The notes under the pieces are model-generated. The model was given only the letters and a program-made list of their open reading frames with translations, had not been told where the DNA came from and did no database searches. Source: Hyphomonadaceae bacterium (GTDB lineage Bacteria > Pseudomonadota > Alphaproteobacteria > Caulobacterales > Hyphomonadaceae). From it: a stretch of 64,000 nucleotides of DNA. This document shows, in pieces, positions 9,623 to 20,325 of the stretch (position 1 is its first letter; each line of letters starts with the position of its first letter). The position numbers and the translations under genes were made by a program. The DNA is taken from NCBI GenBank assembly GCA_016714495.1, contig JADKDU010000007.1:59438-123437 (forward strand), read 5' to 3'.

Positions 9623-10390
9623 ATGCCTCACACGCCAGAACTGATCGCGCTTGTTGGCGACGCGCCGCACGCATGGACGATGGTCAATGCGCTGAGAAAG
9701 CGCTTTGGCGACTTTCTGGCAATCGTCGAGCGCGGCGAGCCTGCATCTGCGTTCTGGGCGCGCCGGAAGAAGAGGCTCGGTCAGGCTACCGTCGCCAGCA
9801 TGAAGGCGGCGCAAATGGCGGCGAAGCTCACCAAGCCGCTTTCTCGCGGACGGCTGGCAGAGCTGCGCGAAGCGTGTGACGCGACGCCGGTAACGGGCGC
9901 AATGCGCATCGACGTCGACAATCTGAATGGCGACGACGCGCTGGCGAAGATCCGCGCGCTGAAGCCGAAGGCGGTATTCGTGGCCTCGACGGGCATGCTG
10001 CGCAGACCGCTTCTCGAAGCCTGCGCCTGCCCCGTGGTGAACTATCATTCGGGGATCAACCCGGCTTATCGTGGCGTCAATGGCGGCTACTTCGCTTTGG
10101 CCAATGGCGAGCCGGAACATTTCGGCGTGACGCTGCATCTTGTCGACCTCGGCGTGGATACCGGCCCGATCCTCGCGACCAACCGCATCCTCCTCGCCGC
10201 CAACGACAACATCCAGACTTACATGACGCTGATGGCGGCGAAGTCGCAGGACCTTGTCGTCGACACCATGGCGAAGGTGCTGGCCGGCGAAGCAAAGCCC
10301 CTGCCGCCCAGCCCCCTTCCCTCGGCCCAGTATTACGCGCCAACCCTTGGCCAGTATCTGACGAACGGATTGAAACGCGGCGTGTGGTAG
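9623..10390 (+). CDS. formyltransferase-family protein
   Basis: VVNYHSGINPAYRGVNG (N/H of the formyltransferase SLLP-RG motif) followed by GVTLHLVDLGVDTGPIL (catalytic Asp loop). Lacks the Fmt C-terminal domain. Confidence 0.6.
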   Translation: MPHTPELIALVGDAPHAWTMVNALRKRFGDFLAIVERGEPASAFWARRKKRLGQATVASMKAAQMAAKLTKPLSRGRLAELREACDATPVTGAMRIDVDNLNGDDALAKIRALKPKAVFVASTGMLRRPLLEACACPVVNYHSGINPAYRGVNGGYFALANGEPEHFGVTLHLVDLGVDTGPILATNRILLAANDNIQTYMTLMAAKSQDLVVDTMAKVLAGEAKPLPPSPLPSAQYYAPTLGQYLTNGLKRGVW

Positions 10391-10663
10391 GCGCTTCGCC
10401 GCATCAGGCCTGGCAAAGCAATTCCGCGCGATAGCCTTCGAGCGCGATCGTCTCGCCGCTGTTGGCAGGCTGTCCATAGAAGATCAGATCCTGTGTAAGC
10501 GCGGTGTTGAGGGATCAACGGCGCTCCGCCCCCACCACGCTTATGCTCTTCGAATTGATTCCCAGCGAAATTTGCGTTGGAATCCTCAAACGGACTTTGC
10601 GGAACCGGGGCGATTAAGACACCGCGCGACGCAGAAACCTATCAACCCAACGGGAGCGTGAGC

Positions 10664-11053
10664 ATGAGCAAACCGCCCGAAGCGTTCAGCGTGACCAAGC
10701 GGATACGCAGTTTTCGTTATGCCTTGCAGGGGCTCGGCTTTGCGTTGGCGAGCCAGCATAATTTCCGCATCCAGCTGGTCGCCGCCAGCATGACGGCCGG
10801 ACTTGGCTTTCTGTGGGGCGTGTCGGCGGAAGACTGGCGTTGGCTGGTGGCGGCGATCGCGATCGTGCTTGCTGCGGAGCTGGTGAACACCGCGTTCGAG
10901 CATCTCTGCGATGTCGTACAGCCCGAGCTGCATGCATCGGTGAAGGCTGCGAAAGACGTGGCCGCAGGCGCTGTCCTTGTCGTATCCATCGGCGCCGCCA
11001 TCATCGGCGTCATGGTGTTCTGGCCTTACATCGTCCACCAGTTTCGGTTGTGA
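10664..11053 (+). CDS. dgkA: diacylglycerol kinase family protein
   Basis: About 129 aa, three TM helices, conserved AELVNTAFEHLCD and KDVAAGAVL motifs. ATG 10664 follows GGGAG. Confidence 0.8.
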   Translation: MSKPPEAFSVTKRIRSFRYALQGLGFALASQHNFRIQLVAASMTAGLGFLWGVSAEDWRWLVAAIAIVLAAELVNTAFEHLCDVVQPELHASVKAAKDVAAGAVLVVSIGAAIIGVMVFWPYIVHQFRL

Positions 11054-11056
11054 CGA

Positions 11057-12139
11057 CTACGCCGCCTCCAAGACGAAACCCTTCCATGTGCGCATGTAAT
11101 TGATGAAAGCCTCGCTGAGGCCTTCCTTGTGCAGGTAATCGGTTGAAACCGGCAGCGCCGCTGGCTTAAAATCGGGATCAGCTGCAATACGCCTCGGGAA
11201 ATCGTGGTGAAGGATTGCAGACCGGCCGATCACAACGAAATCGAGTCCCGCCGCCAATGCGCGGCTGCAGGCCTCGCCTGTGGCGAGCTTGCCGGCAGCG
11301 CCAAGACGGACCTCGCCGCGATCGAGTTCAGTGAAGAACGACATCAGGCTTCGCCCCTGATGCGCCGGATCTTCCGGCTCCTTGAACGCATCCCACAGCG
11401 ACATGTCGAGGTAGTCGATCCTGCCCTCGCGCATCAGCCGCTGCGCGAGGCTGGCGATTTCTTCCAACCTGAGCCCAAAGCGCTCGGGCGAGAGTCTGAC
11501 GCCAAGGCTGAAGTCCGCGCCGCAGACGGCGCGCACGCCGTCGATGATTTCAAACAGCAGACGCGAACGGTTCTCCAACGAACCACCGTACTGATCCTCG
11601 CGCCGGTTGATTTCCGAACTGAGGAACTGACAAAGCAGATAACCGTGCGCGCCATGCAGCTCGACGCCGTCAAAGCCCGCCTTTTCGCAACGGCGCGCGG
11701 CGGCGATGAAATCGCCGCGCGTGCGCTCGATCTCCGCCAGCGTCATGGCGCGGGCGTTGGTCTCGGAATGATCTGACGGGCAGATCGGCTGACGGCCGAT
11801 CACGGAGAGGGGCGAGCGCAACCCGGCATGATGCAACTGCAATACAGCATGCGCGCCGTTGGCGCGGAGGGCGCCAGCAAGGCGGGTTAATCCCGCGATA
11901 TGACAGTCGTCATGGGCGCCGAGCTGGCCCGGAAACCCCTGGCCGCCATCCTGGACCGAGGCGGCGCAGGTCATAGTCAGGCCGAAACCGCCCTCGGCCC
12001 GCATGGTAAGCCAGCGAAATTCTTCCTCACTGAGCGTCCCATCGGCATGGCTTTGCTGGTTGGTCAGGGGCGCAAGCATGAACCGGTTCTTCATCGCCGG
12101 ACCACGTTTGAAGCTGAGGGGCTCGAACAAGGCGGACAT
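11057..12139 (-). CDS. NADH:flavin oxidoreductase (Old Yellow Enzyme family)
   Basis: 360 aa. KNRFMLAPLTN, LQLHHAG, GFDGVELHGAHGYLLCQFLS and GRSAILHHDFP motifs. Confidence 0.85.
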   Translation of the reverse strand: MSALFEPLSFKRGPAMKNRFMLAPLTNQQSHADGTLSEEEFRWLTMRAEGGFGLTMTCAASVQDGGQGFPGQLGAHDDCHIAGLTRLAGALRANGAHAVLQLHHAGLRSPLSVIGRQPICPSDHSETNARAMTLAEIERTRGDFIAAARRCEKAGFDGVELHGAHGYLLCQFLSSEINRREDQYGGSLENRSRLLFEIIDGVRAVCGADFSLGVRLSPERFGLRLEEIASLAQRLMREGRIDYLDMSLWDAFKEPEDPAHQGRSLMSFFTELDRGEVRLGAAGKLATGEACSRALAAGLDFVVIGRSAILHHDFPRRIAADPDFKPAALPVSTDYLHKEGLSEAFINYMRTWKGFVLEAA

Positions 12140-12277
12140 GGGGGCGATCCTTCAGGCGAAGCGGCGGCACGGGTTTTCTAGCCTATTCACGCCTGCCATG
12201 GGCAAGCCTCTTTGTCGCCCTGCCGGCCATGACGCGCCCGCTTGCAGGCGAGCCTGCCCCCGCGCATATAGCCCAGC

Positions 12278-13681
12278 ATGAACGCGCCACGCACCCTCTA
12301 TGACAAGATCTGGGACAGCCACGTTGTCGCCGCCGATAAAGCGTCGGGCGAGAGCCTTCTTTATATCGACCTGCACCTGATCCACGAGGTAACAACCCCG
12401 CAGGCCTTTGCGGGTCTGCGCGCCAATGGCCGCAAGGTGCGCCGGCCCGACCTGACGCTGGCGGTCGCCGACCACAATACGCCGACCGAGGGCCAGGCGC
12501 TGGGCATGGCTGGCGTCAAGGATCCCGAGGCGCGCGAACAGTTGGAAACACTGGCGCGCAACGTTGCGGAGAACAACATCCAGTTCTTCCCGATGGGCGA
12601 CATTCGCAACGGCATCGTCCATGTCGTCGGACCTGAACAGGGCCGCACCCAGCCGGGCCTCACTATTGTCTGCGGCGACAGCCACACATCGACGCACGGC
12701 GCCTTCGGCGCGCTGGCGCACGGCATCGGCACGTCTGAAGTGGAGCACGTGCTCGCCACGCAGACCCTGCGCACACGCAAGATGAAGAACATGGCCGTCC
12801 GCGTCGAAGGCGAATTCCGCCCCGGCGTCGGCGCGAAAGATCTCGCCCTTCACCTCATCGCCATGATCGGCACCAATGGCGGCGCAGGCCACGTCATCGA
12901 ATACATGGGCTCGGCGATCCGCTGCATGTCGATGGAGGGGCGCATGACGCTGTGCAACCTCTCCATCGAAGGCGGCGCACGCGCCGGCCTCGTCGCCCCC
13001 GATGAAACCACCTTCGCTTACATCAACGGCCGCCCCGCAGCGCCGAAGGGCGGACAATGGGAAACCGCAATCCAGCACTGGAAGACGCTGCATTCGGATG
13101 AAGGCGCACAGTGGGACGACGTCATCGACATCGCCGCCGCAGACGTCGCGCCCACCATCACATGGGGCACCAGCCCCGAGCAGGCTGCGCCGATAACGGC
13201 CAATGCGCCCATCCCCGCGCAGATCTCTGACAGCGTGAAACGCGACGCCGCCGAGCGCGCGCTGGCCTATATGGGCCTTGAGCCCGGGCAAAAACTCGAA
13301 GGCCTGAAGATCGACCGCGTCTTCATCGGCTCGTGCACCAACTCGCGCATCGAAGATCTCCGCGCCGCCGCTGAAGTCGCCAAGGGCAAGCATGTCGCCG
13401 CCGGCGTGCGCGCGATGGTGGTGCCCGGCTCTGGCCTCATCCGCGCCCAGGCGGAAGAGGAAGGCCTCGACAAGGTATTCCTCGACGCAGGCTTCGAATG
13501 GCGCGAGCCCGGCTGCTCGATGTGCCTCGGCATGAACCCGGACATTCTCAAGCCCGGCGAACGCTGCGCCTCCACCTCGAACCGCAATTTCGAAGGCCGT
13601 CAGGGTCGCGGCGGACGCACGCACTTGATGAGCCCGGCGCTCGCAGCCAAGGCCGCGCTCGCCGGAGTGATCACAGGCTAA
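12278..13681 (+). CDS. leuC: 3-isopropylmalate dehydratase large subunit
   Basis: 467 aa. [39 protein letters not shown] and aconitase-family CSMCLGMN. No leuD adjacent. Confidence 0.95.
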   Translation: MNAPRTLYDKIWDSHVVAADKASGESLLYIDLHLIHEVTTPQAFAGLRANGRKVRRPDLTLAVADHNTPTEGQALGMAGVKDPEAREQLETLARNVAENNIQFFPMGDIRNGIVHVVGPEQGRTQPGLTIVCGDSHTSTHGAFGALAHGIGTSEVEHVLATQTLRTRKMKNMAVRVEGEFRPGVGAKDLALHLIAMIGTNGGAGHVIEYMGSAIRCMSMEGRMTLCNLSIEGGARAGLVAPDETTFAYINGRPAAPKGGQWETAIQHWKTLHSDEGAQWDDVIDIAAADVAPTITWGTSPEQAAPITANAPIPAQISDSVKRDAAERALAYMGLEPGQKLEGLKIDRVFIGSCTNSRIEDLRAAAEVAKGKHVAAGVRAMVVPGSGLIRAQAEEEGLDKVFLDAGFEWREPGCSMCLGMNPDILKPGERCASTSNRNFEGRQGRGGRTHLMSPALAAKAALAGVITG

Positions 13682-13832
13682 GTGTTTCAGCGTCAAAGAT
13701 TAACGCCATACACTTTTGGCGCTCGCTTCATGTGCGCTGGCGCCTAAATCTTCAGCGCGTTGAATTCACATGGTTTTCAGCAATCTACCGTAACGTCACC
13801 CTGCACTGCAAAAGCGGGCTCATGGTGGGACG

Positions 13833-15524
13833 ATGAAGGCCGGAGACATTGCGAGGCGCGTCAGTTTCGTGACGCCCGAAACGCTCGCTGGCGAAATCGC
13901 CGTGCGTTTCAAGAACGCGACAGACATCAACACCTTCCCCGTCGTGCGCGCCGGCAAACCTGTCGGCGTCATCACCCGTGATCGCCTGAACGAGATGCGC
14001 AAAGCAGGAGGACTGTGGGAGCGCAGGCCGGCGGCGCACTTCATGAACCCGGCGCCAATCGTGATCTGCCAAGACCTGGCGCTGGCCGAAGTCAGCCTCG
14101 TGATCGCGCCGATGTCGCGCGAGTCGCTATTTGAAGGCATCGTCACGGTGGACGCGGACGGCGCCTATGCCGGTCTTGCGGGCGCATTTGAGCTGTTCCG
14201 CACGGCCATCGCCGTGGCGGAGGATCGCAATCGCGACCTCACCAGCCTCGCAGCACGGCTGGCGGCCGAGACCGAGAAGGCCAACGCCGCCTCGAGCGCC
14301 AAGTCCGACTTCCTCGCCACTATGAGCCATGAGATCCGCACCCCCCTGAACGGCGTGCTCGGCATGGCGCAGGCGCTGGCGATGGATGCACTGAATCCAG
14401 ACCAGCGCGAAAAACTGAACGTCATACTGAATTCTGGCGAGACGCTGACGGCGCTTCTGAACGACATTCTCGATCTCTCCAAGATCGAAGCCGGCAAGAT
14501 GGAAATCTCAGGCCTGGATTCGAACCTGCACGCGTCTCTGGAGCGTGCCTGCGGCCTTTTCGAAACCGCCGCGCGCGACAAGGGCGTGCAGCTGTCGGTC
14601 GTGCGCGAAGGCGGCGGCCCGGACTGGCTGAGCTTCGACCGCGTGCGCGTTCACCAGTGCGTGACGAACCTGATCTCCAACGCCGTGAAGTTCACCCAGG
14701 AAGGCCGTGTGGATGTGCGCTGGAGCGTGGGTGCGGCGCCCGCGGGCGCGCCTCACCGCGTCCGCGTCAGCGTCACGGACACCGGCATCGGCATGAGCGA
14801 AATGGCGCTGGCGCGCCTGTTCAACGCGTTCACGCAGGCCGACGGATCAACCACACGCCGCTTTGGCGGCACAGGCCTCGGCCTTGCCATCACGCGCAAG
14901 CTGGCGCGGCTGATGGCTGGCGACGTGCACGTCTCCAGCGCCGTCGGTCACGGCTCGACCTTCACCCTGACTTTTGAGGCGCGCGCGGCGGAGAAGCAGG
15001 TCAGACCTGTCCGCAAGGAAGCCGACATATCGGAAACATACCGGTCTGAGGGGGCTGTGCGTATCCTTGTGGTGGATGACAATGCGACCAACAGGCAGGT
15101 GGCGAAGCTGTTCCTGGCGCGTATCCAATCGGAGATCGTTGAGGCCGAGAACGGCGCTGAAGCGCTGCTGCGCCTCGCTGAGCAATCATTCGACGTTGTC
15201 CTGCTCGACGTGCACATGCCCGTGATGGACGGCTGCGAAACCATCCGCCGCATCCGTGCGTCCGACCAGCCCTGGCGCGCCCTGCCCGTCATCGCGCTGA
15301 CGGCCGATGCGATGGAAGGCGACCGCGAGCGCTTTGTCGCGATGGGCATGACCGACTATCTCGCCAAGCCGATCGACCGCCGCCTGCTGCTCAACAAGGT
15401 GCACGAGGCGACTGCGCGCGCCGCCGTGGAGCCACAACCAAGAGAGGCGCCGCACAGCTCGAGCCAGAACGACATCGACCTGTCGGATATCCTCGGCGCT
15501 ATCGATGCAAGCGCGGCGGCCTGA
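13833..15524 (+). CDS. cytoplasmic hybrid sensor histidine kinase/response regulator with N-terminal CBS pair
   Basis: No TM segments. CBS-like N-terminus, H-box [15 protein letters not shown], HATPase_c ([15 protein letters not shown]), C-terminal receiver ([16 protein letters not shown]). Confidence 0.85.
   Translation: MKAGDIARRVSFVTPETLAGEIAVRFKNATDINTFPVVRAGKPVGVITRDRLNEMRKAGGLWERRPAAHFMNPAPIVICQDLALAEVSLVIAPMSRESLFEGIVTVDADGAYAGLAGAFELFRTAIAVAEDRNRDLTSLAARLAAETEKANAASSAKSDFLATMSHEIRTPLNGVLGMAQALAMDALNPDQREKLNVILNSGETLTALLNDILDLSKIEAGKMEISGLDSNLHASLERACGLFETAARDKGVQLSVVREGGGPDWLSFDRVRVHQCVTNLISNAVKFTQEGRVDVRWSVGAAPAGAPHRVRVSVTDTGIGMSEMALARLFNAFTQADGSTTRRFGGTGLGLAITRKLARLMAGDVHVSSAVGHGSTFTLTFEARAAEKQVRPVRKEADISETYRSEGAVRILVVDDNATNRQVAKLFLARIQSEIVEAENGAEALLRLAEQSFDVVLLDVHMPVMDGCETIRRIRASDQPWRALPVIALTADAMEGDRERFVAMGMTDYLAKPIDRRLLLNKVHEATARAAVEPQPREAPHSSSQNDIDLSDILGAIDASAAA
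15282..15426 (+). repeat. 145-bp perfect direct repeat, copy 1 (receiver-coding 3' end of kinase 1)
   Basis: Base-for-base identical to 17137..17281, checked by eye (ctgcccgtcatcgcgctgacggcc...gcgcgcgccgccg). Confidence 0.9.
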
Positions 15525-15648
15525 TCGCCGCCACCAAACCGTCGCAAAACATTCACGCGATAGGCTCGCGAAAAACCCCCGAAACGCCAGCGGATTTACG
15601 CGAACTTTAGCGCGCGCGCCTATCCACCCGGCATACGGTTTTCGGGGC

Positions 15649-17376
15649 GTGGAGCGGACATTGCTGGCGATCGAAATTGCGCGACAACCGGAGACAGTTG
15701 CGCCTTCAACCATGGGCGGCGTTGCGGTCGTCCGCTTCGAAGCTGATGACGACCTGCACATCATCGCCGTGGTGGAGAATGATCGTCCCGTCGGGTTGGT
15801 GACGCGCCAGAAGCTGCTGCAGCATTTCTCGCACAAGTTCGGCCGGGAGCTGTGGGACCGGCGTCCGATTTCGCAGCTGATGAATGCGGACCCGCGCATC
15901 ATCGCAGCCGGCACTTCAATGGAAGACATATGTCGCGAGATGGCCGGCATCTCGCCGCTGGCGCTGCTTGAGGGCGTCGTGTTCGTCGACGAGAACGGCT
16001 GCTATGCCGGCGTGGCAAGCGTGTTCGACCTATATCAGGCTTCAGTGAACGTCACCGCGACCAAGAACAAAGCGCTGATGGACGTCACAGGTCAGCTTGT
16101 CGCCGAGACGGAAAAGGCCAACAACGCTTCACGCGCCAAGACAGATTTCCTCGCAACCATGAGCCATGAAATCCGCACGCCATTGAACGGCATTCTCGGC
16201 ATGGCGCAAGCATTGGCGCACGAAAAGCTTGCGCCTGAGCACGACGAAAAAATCCAGCTGATCATCTCGTCGGGGGAAACGCTCACCACCCTGCTCAATG
16301 ACGTTCTCGATCTCTCGAAAATCGAGGCGGGCCGGCTCGACATCTCGCCGGTCGATGCCGATCTGCGCGCAACCATCGAGCGCGCCCGCGGCCTGTTCGA
16401 CACCATCGCCCTGGAAAAACATGTCGCCCTGACTGTCGGCGTCGATGCGTCCGTGCCGGCCCGGCTGAGTTATGATCCGGTGCGGATCCACCAATGCCTC
16501 ACCAACCTGATTTCCAATGCGGTGAAATTCACACCCACCGGCAAGATCGAGATTGTCTGTTCCCTCGCCTCCTCGCACCCGGGCGGATCACATCGGGTGA
16601 GCGTGGAGGTGCGCGATACGGGCATCGGGATGTCGCCAGAGACAATGACAAACCTGTTCAGCGCATTCACCCAGGCCGATGGCTCGATCACACGCAAGTT
16701 CGGCGGCACCGGGCTCGGGCTCGCTATCACGCGCCGCCTTGCGCGCCTCATGAACGGCGACGTCACAGCGACCAGCATGGCGGGCGCAGGGTCGACATTC
16801 TCGCTCAGCTTCGAAGCGGGCTCCGCCGCCATGCAAATCGAACCGCCCAGGCGCCCCGCCGCCGGCGCGCAGCCCTTGCAAGGCGATGCGAAACCAACGC
16901 TAAATCGTCCACTGCGCGTGCTGCTGGTGGATGACAACGCAGTCAACAGGCAGGTCGTGCGCCTTTTCCTTGCAAGCCTCCACGCGGAGATTGTCGAGGC
17001 CGTCAACGGGGTGGAGGCGTTGGAGAAGCTCGAAATTGAATCGTTCGATCTGGTTCTGCTCGACGTGCACATGCCCGTCATGGATGGCTGCGAAGTGATC
17101 GGACATATCCGCACCAGCCGACAGCCCTGGCGTGATCTGCCCGTCATCGCGCTGACGGCCGATGCGATGGAAGGCGACCGCGAGCGCTTTGTCGCGATGG
17201 GCATGACCGACTATCTCGCCAAGCCGATCGACCGCCGCCTGCTGCTCAACAAGGTGCACGAGGCGACTGCGCGCGCCGCCGCGGAGGCACAGCCGGACGA
17301 AACGCTGCATGGGGCGTGTCTGAAGGATTTCGACGCGTCGGATATTCTTTTGGCTATCAACGTAAGCGCGGCATAG
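15649..17376 (+). CDS. CBS-hybrid sensor histidine kinase/response regulator, tandem paralog
   Basis: Same architecture as 13833..15524. Alignment of the CBS region places the start near GTG 15649 or TTG 15661, not at ORF-track 15505. H-box [15 protein letters not shown]. Confidence 0.8.
   Translation: MERTLLAIEIARQPETVAPSTMGGVAVVRFEADDDLHIIAVVENDRPVGLVTRQKLLQHFSHKFGRELWDRRPISQLMNADPRIIAAGTSMEDICREMAGISPLALLEGVVFVDENGCYAGVASVFDLYQASVNVTATKNKALMDVTGQLVAETEKANNASRAKTDFLATMSHEIRTPLNGILGMAQALAHEKLAPEHDEKIQLIISSGETLTTLLNDVLDLSKIEAGRLDISPVDADLRATIERARGLFDTIALEKHVALTVGVDASVPARLSYDPVRIHQCLTNLISNAVKFTPTGKIEIVCSLASSHPGGSHRVSVEVRDTGIGMSPETMTNLFSAFTQADGSITRKFGGTGLGLAITRRLARLMNGDVTATSMAGAGSTFSLSFEAGSAAMQIEPPRRPAAGAQPLQGDAKPTLNRPLRVLLVDDNAVNRQVVRLFLASLHAEIVEAVNGVEALEKLEIESFDLVLLDVHMPVMDGCEVIGHIRTSRQPWRDLPVIALTADAMEGDRERFVAMGMTDYLAKPIDRRLLLNKVHEATARAAAEAQPDETLHGACLKDFDASDILLAINVSAA
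17137..17281 (+). repeat. 145-bp perfect direct repeat, copy 2 (receiver-coding 3' end of kinase 2)
   Basis: Identical to 15282..15426. Flanking sequence is clearly diverged. Confidence 0.9.
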
Positions 17377-17421
17377 CCGATCGCTTCGCAGCGCGCTAAG
17401 CTGGCGCGGGGAGGAGCGATC

Positions 17422-17859
17422 ATGAGCGACATTCAGCTTCCCATCACGGGCGGGTGCATTTGCAAGGCCATCAGGTATTCGGCGAGCGCGCCGCCTGTCG
17501 GCTCACGACAATGCTGGTGCCGTGACTGCCAATATTTCGGTTCAGGCTCGTCGACGGTGAACGTCATTTTCAACACCGCCGACGTGACGATCACTGGCGA
17601 GTTGCGGACCTTCGTGTCGCTCGCGGATTCCGGAAGCACGGTGACGCGCGGCTTCTGTCCGACCTGCGGAACGCCGGTGACGAGCGCGTCGAGCGCGCGC
17701 CCGCATTTTCTGATCCTGCGCGCCGGCACGCTCGATCATACCGGGATCGCAACGCCTGCAATGAACATCTGGACCGATTCAGCGCCGCATTGGGCGCACC
17801 TTGATCCGGACGTCCCTTCAACGCCTGCGCAGCCGGCAGCGCTGCCTGCTTCACGTTAA
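17422..17859 (+). CDS. GFA (CENP-V/glutathione-dependent formaldehyde-activating) family protein
   Basis: GGCICKAIRY, CWCRDCQ and FCPTCGTPV zinc-cysteine pattern. GGAGGAG upstream. Confidence 0.8.
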   Translation: MSDIQLPITGGCICKAIRYSASAPPVGSRQCWCRDCQYFGSGSSTVNVIFNTADVTITGELRTFVSLADSGSTVTRGFCPTCGTPVTSASSARPHFLILRAGTLDHTGIATPAMNIWTDSAPHWAHLDPDVPSTPAQPAALPASR

Positions 17860-17967
17860 CACTTGGCGGAAGCGTCCGGCGACGATTGCACACGCAGGTT
17901 GAACCTGCCATGTTATCGCCCAAGTTCGAAGGCTTCTGCGGGGCACGGGGCGGCAGCCGGGATTTCC

Positions 17968-18861
17968 ATGAAAAGACTGCTCTTGTCCCTCGTCCTGGTT
18001 GTCGCAGCTGGTGCGATTTTCCTGGGCCCACCGCTACGGGCGGCTTTCGCTGCAACCAACGTCGACATCGTGATCGGACGCGCGGAACTGCATCCGACCG
18101 CGCAGGCGCTGGCCTTCATGCTGAAGGCGCCGGAGGACGAAGCCCTCGCCGCCAAGAAAAAGATGAAGTTGTGGGCGACCTACTACCACATGCCAACCGT
18201 GCGTCCGTCCTGGACCAGCGTGGCGGCGAAGCCCCTGCTGGGCAAGAACGGCAAGGCCGTCTCCCCACCCCTCTCGATCGAAGACTGGTGCGACGCAGCC
18301 ATGCAGGGCTCGATCTGGGTCGACAACGGCAAGGATGATCCTGTCGCCTACATGTATATCGACAGCGGCGGGCCTGAGCAGGTCGTGTGCGACCGCTATT
18401 TCGGCGAACTTTCCACGCGCATCAAATCGGCGACGCGCCGCGCGCGGTTCCAGCAGTTCCATCATCCGCAGGCCTGCGACGTCCGCGTGATCCCGCTGAT
18501 GGCGTTCCGCACGATCGCGGTGGACCGCGAGCGCATCAAGATGGGCACTGTGCTCTACATTCCGAAACTGCGCGGCGAAACGTTCTGGAATAATGGCGAG
18601 ATCTTCGTTCATGACGGATATGTCATCGCCAGCGACACCGGCGGCGCAATCGAGAACAACCACATCGACATGTTCGTGGCTGACGCCAACGTGAAGCCGT
18701 TCCCGGATATCGTTCGCTCGAATCCGCGGCACACGTTCGAAGCCTATATTGTCGACAAGAACGACCCTGCTGCGATTGCGCTGAACGGCGCGGGCGAGGA
18801 AATCTGCAAGGATTCCGACCGTCCGGGCCGCAAGCGCAAGAAGGCTGCTGGCGCGATCTGA
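17968..18861 (+). CDS. MltA-like / 3D-domain protein, secreted
   Basis: MKRLLLSLVLVVAAGA signal. AFRTIAVDRERIKMGTVLYIP and SDTGGAIENNHIDMFVAD (3D-domain Asp motif). Confidence 0.7.
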   Translation: MKRLLLSLVLVVAAGAIFLGPPLRAAFAATNVDIVIGRAELHPTAQALAFMLKAPEDEALAAKKKMKLWATYYHMPTVRPSWTSVAAKPLLGKNGKAVSPPLSIEDWCDAAMQGSIWVDNGKDDPVAYMYIDSGGPEQVVCDRYFGELSTRIKSATRRARFQQFHHPQACDVRVIPLMAFRTIAVDRERIKMGTVLYIPKLRGETFWNNGEIFVHDGYVIASDTGGAIENNHIDMFVADANVKPFPDIVRSNPRHTFEAYIVDKNDPAAIALNGAGEEICKDSDRPGRKRKKAAGAI

Positions 18862-19030
18862 CGCATCGTAAGGCTTCAGTAACGCCTCGCGCGCTTTCGC
18901 TAGTGTCGTGGAAAAGCTGTCCGCCATTCTCGGACTGAAATCGGAGCCTATCTCCTCTAGGAGAAAGGCCGATCTGGCCGTGCCTGCGCTTCGTCCGCCG
19001 GGCCCGGCCGTGTCGGACGACGAACCGCCG

Positions 19031-19870
19031 ATGAAAGCTTTCACGTTCACGATCCTGTTCATGCTCGCCGCGTGCGCGACGGCGGCGGCGCCGGGCTTGC
19101 CTGCTGCTCCGGTCGCACCTCCACCGCTTGCGGCGGCGCTGAGCCCGGCTGAACGTGCGACGGGCTTTGTGCTGGACGAGCCGTCACCGCAGGCGATGGG
19201 CCCGAACCTCAAGCTGTGGGCCACGCATTATCACACGCCGATCGTGCAGGCCTCGCCGGAGACAATCTCCGCCGCCTTCCCGCTGATCGGCCGCAAGGGC
19301 GACGCGATCTCGCCGCCGCTCTTGCAGCGCGACTGGTGTGAGGCGGCGCTGCAGGGGTCGGTGTCGATCCGGCAGGGCGCCAAAGCAACGGCCTATGTCT
19401 ATGTCGACTCGGACGGGCCGGAGCAGACGAACTGCGACGAATTTCTAGGCTCGCTATCGGACGGTGTGAAGACTGCAACGCGGCGAGCGCGCTTCATGGC
19501 GGTGAGCCATCCGCTTGGCTGCGGCGTGCGCAACCTGCCGCTGATGCCGTTCCGCACGATTGCGGTGGACCCATCGGTGATCCCGCTCGAGAGCGTGATT
19601 TTCGTTCCGGAACTTCGCGGGCGTCATTTCAAGCTGAACGATCGCGAGCTCATCCATGACGGCTATCTGTTCGCCGGCGATCGTGGGGGCGCGATCAAGG
19701 GCAAGCATATCGACGTGTTCCTGATCGACGATCAGTACGCGCCGCTGGAAGAGCTGTTCGCGTCGACCGACAGCCGGACATTCGAGGCCCATGTCATCGA
19801 CGACGATGATCCGATGGCGGCGGCCGTGAAGGCCAGCCAGTCGTCGAGCTGCGAGCCGATTGCGCCGTAA
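19031..19870 (+). CDS. MltA-like / 3D-domain lipoprotein, tandem paralog
   Basis: MKAFTFTILFMLAAC lipobox. Collinear with 17968..18861 (KLWATHYH, DWCEAALQGS, PFRTIAVD, GDRGGAIKGKHIDVFL). Confidence 0.7.
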   Translation: MKAFTFTILFMLAACATAAAPGLPAAPVAPPPLAAALSPAERATGFVLDEPSPQAMGPNLKLWATHYHTPIVQASPETISAAFPLIGRKGDAISPPLLQRDWCEAALQGSVSIRQGAKATAYVYVDSDGPEQTNCDEFLGSLSDGVKTATRRARFMAVSHPLGCGVRNLPLMPFRTIAVDPSVIPLESVIFVPELRGRHFKLNDRELIHDGYLFAGDRGGAIKGKHIDVFLIDDQYAPLEELFASTDSRTFEAHVIDDDDPMAAAVKASQSSSCEPIAP

Positions 19871-19940
19871 ATTGCGCGCGGTGTGGACAGGCGCGCCCGG
19901 GTCACGGCAGATTGCGGCGAACTGAGCTGAGGAGGATGCC

Positions 19941-20105
19941 ATGAAACGACTTCTGTTTGTCTGCGCTGCGCTTACGGCCGCCGGATGCGGCCATGACTAT
20001 GCGAAATCGGCCCCGCAGATTCCGGTTGGGCCGACGATCGCGGACAAACCTGCCCCGCAGGTTTCGAATCTTGCGACCGCAACGCCTGCACCGGTCTCTC
20101 CTTGA
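19941..20105 (+). CDS. 54-aa lipoprotein (micro-ORF absent from the ORF track)
   Basis: GAGGAGGA 6 nt upstream of ATG 19941. MKRLLFVCAALTAAGC is a canonical lipobox followed by a Pro-rich tail. TGA at 20103-20105. Confidence 0.5.
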   Translation: MKRLLFVCAALTAAGCGHDYAKSAPQIPVGPTIADKPAPQVSNLATATPAPVSP

Positions 20106-20325
20106 ACTCTCGGTAAACGGATGGCGGCGCTGGCCAGGGTCTGGCCGTAGCGAAAAGCTGAATGCGATCAGGCGGCCCGGCCACAAGATGTCCGGGCCGC
20201 AATGATTCATGGCCCGGCGTGGTTATCGCGGGCTTTGCAATTGCGCGAAGGCGCGTGACCAACCCTTAGTTCCACGGCGCAATAGTTTGCGTTGAAAGGG
20301 CGTCGGGGACGTTCCGGAAACCACA

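Noticed and set aside
15505-15648. N-terminal extension of the second kinase overlapping the first kinase's stop
   Set aside because: The extension ([20 protein letters not shown]...) is basic and low-complexity. Alignment with the paralog shows the CBS domain begins near 15649-15661.
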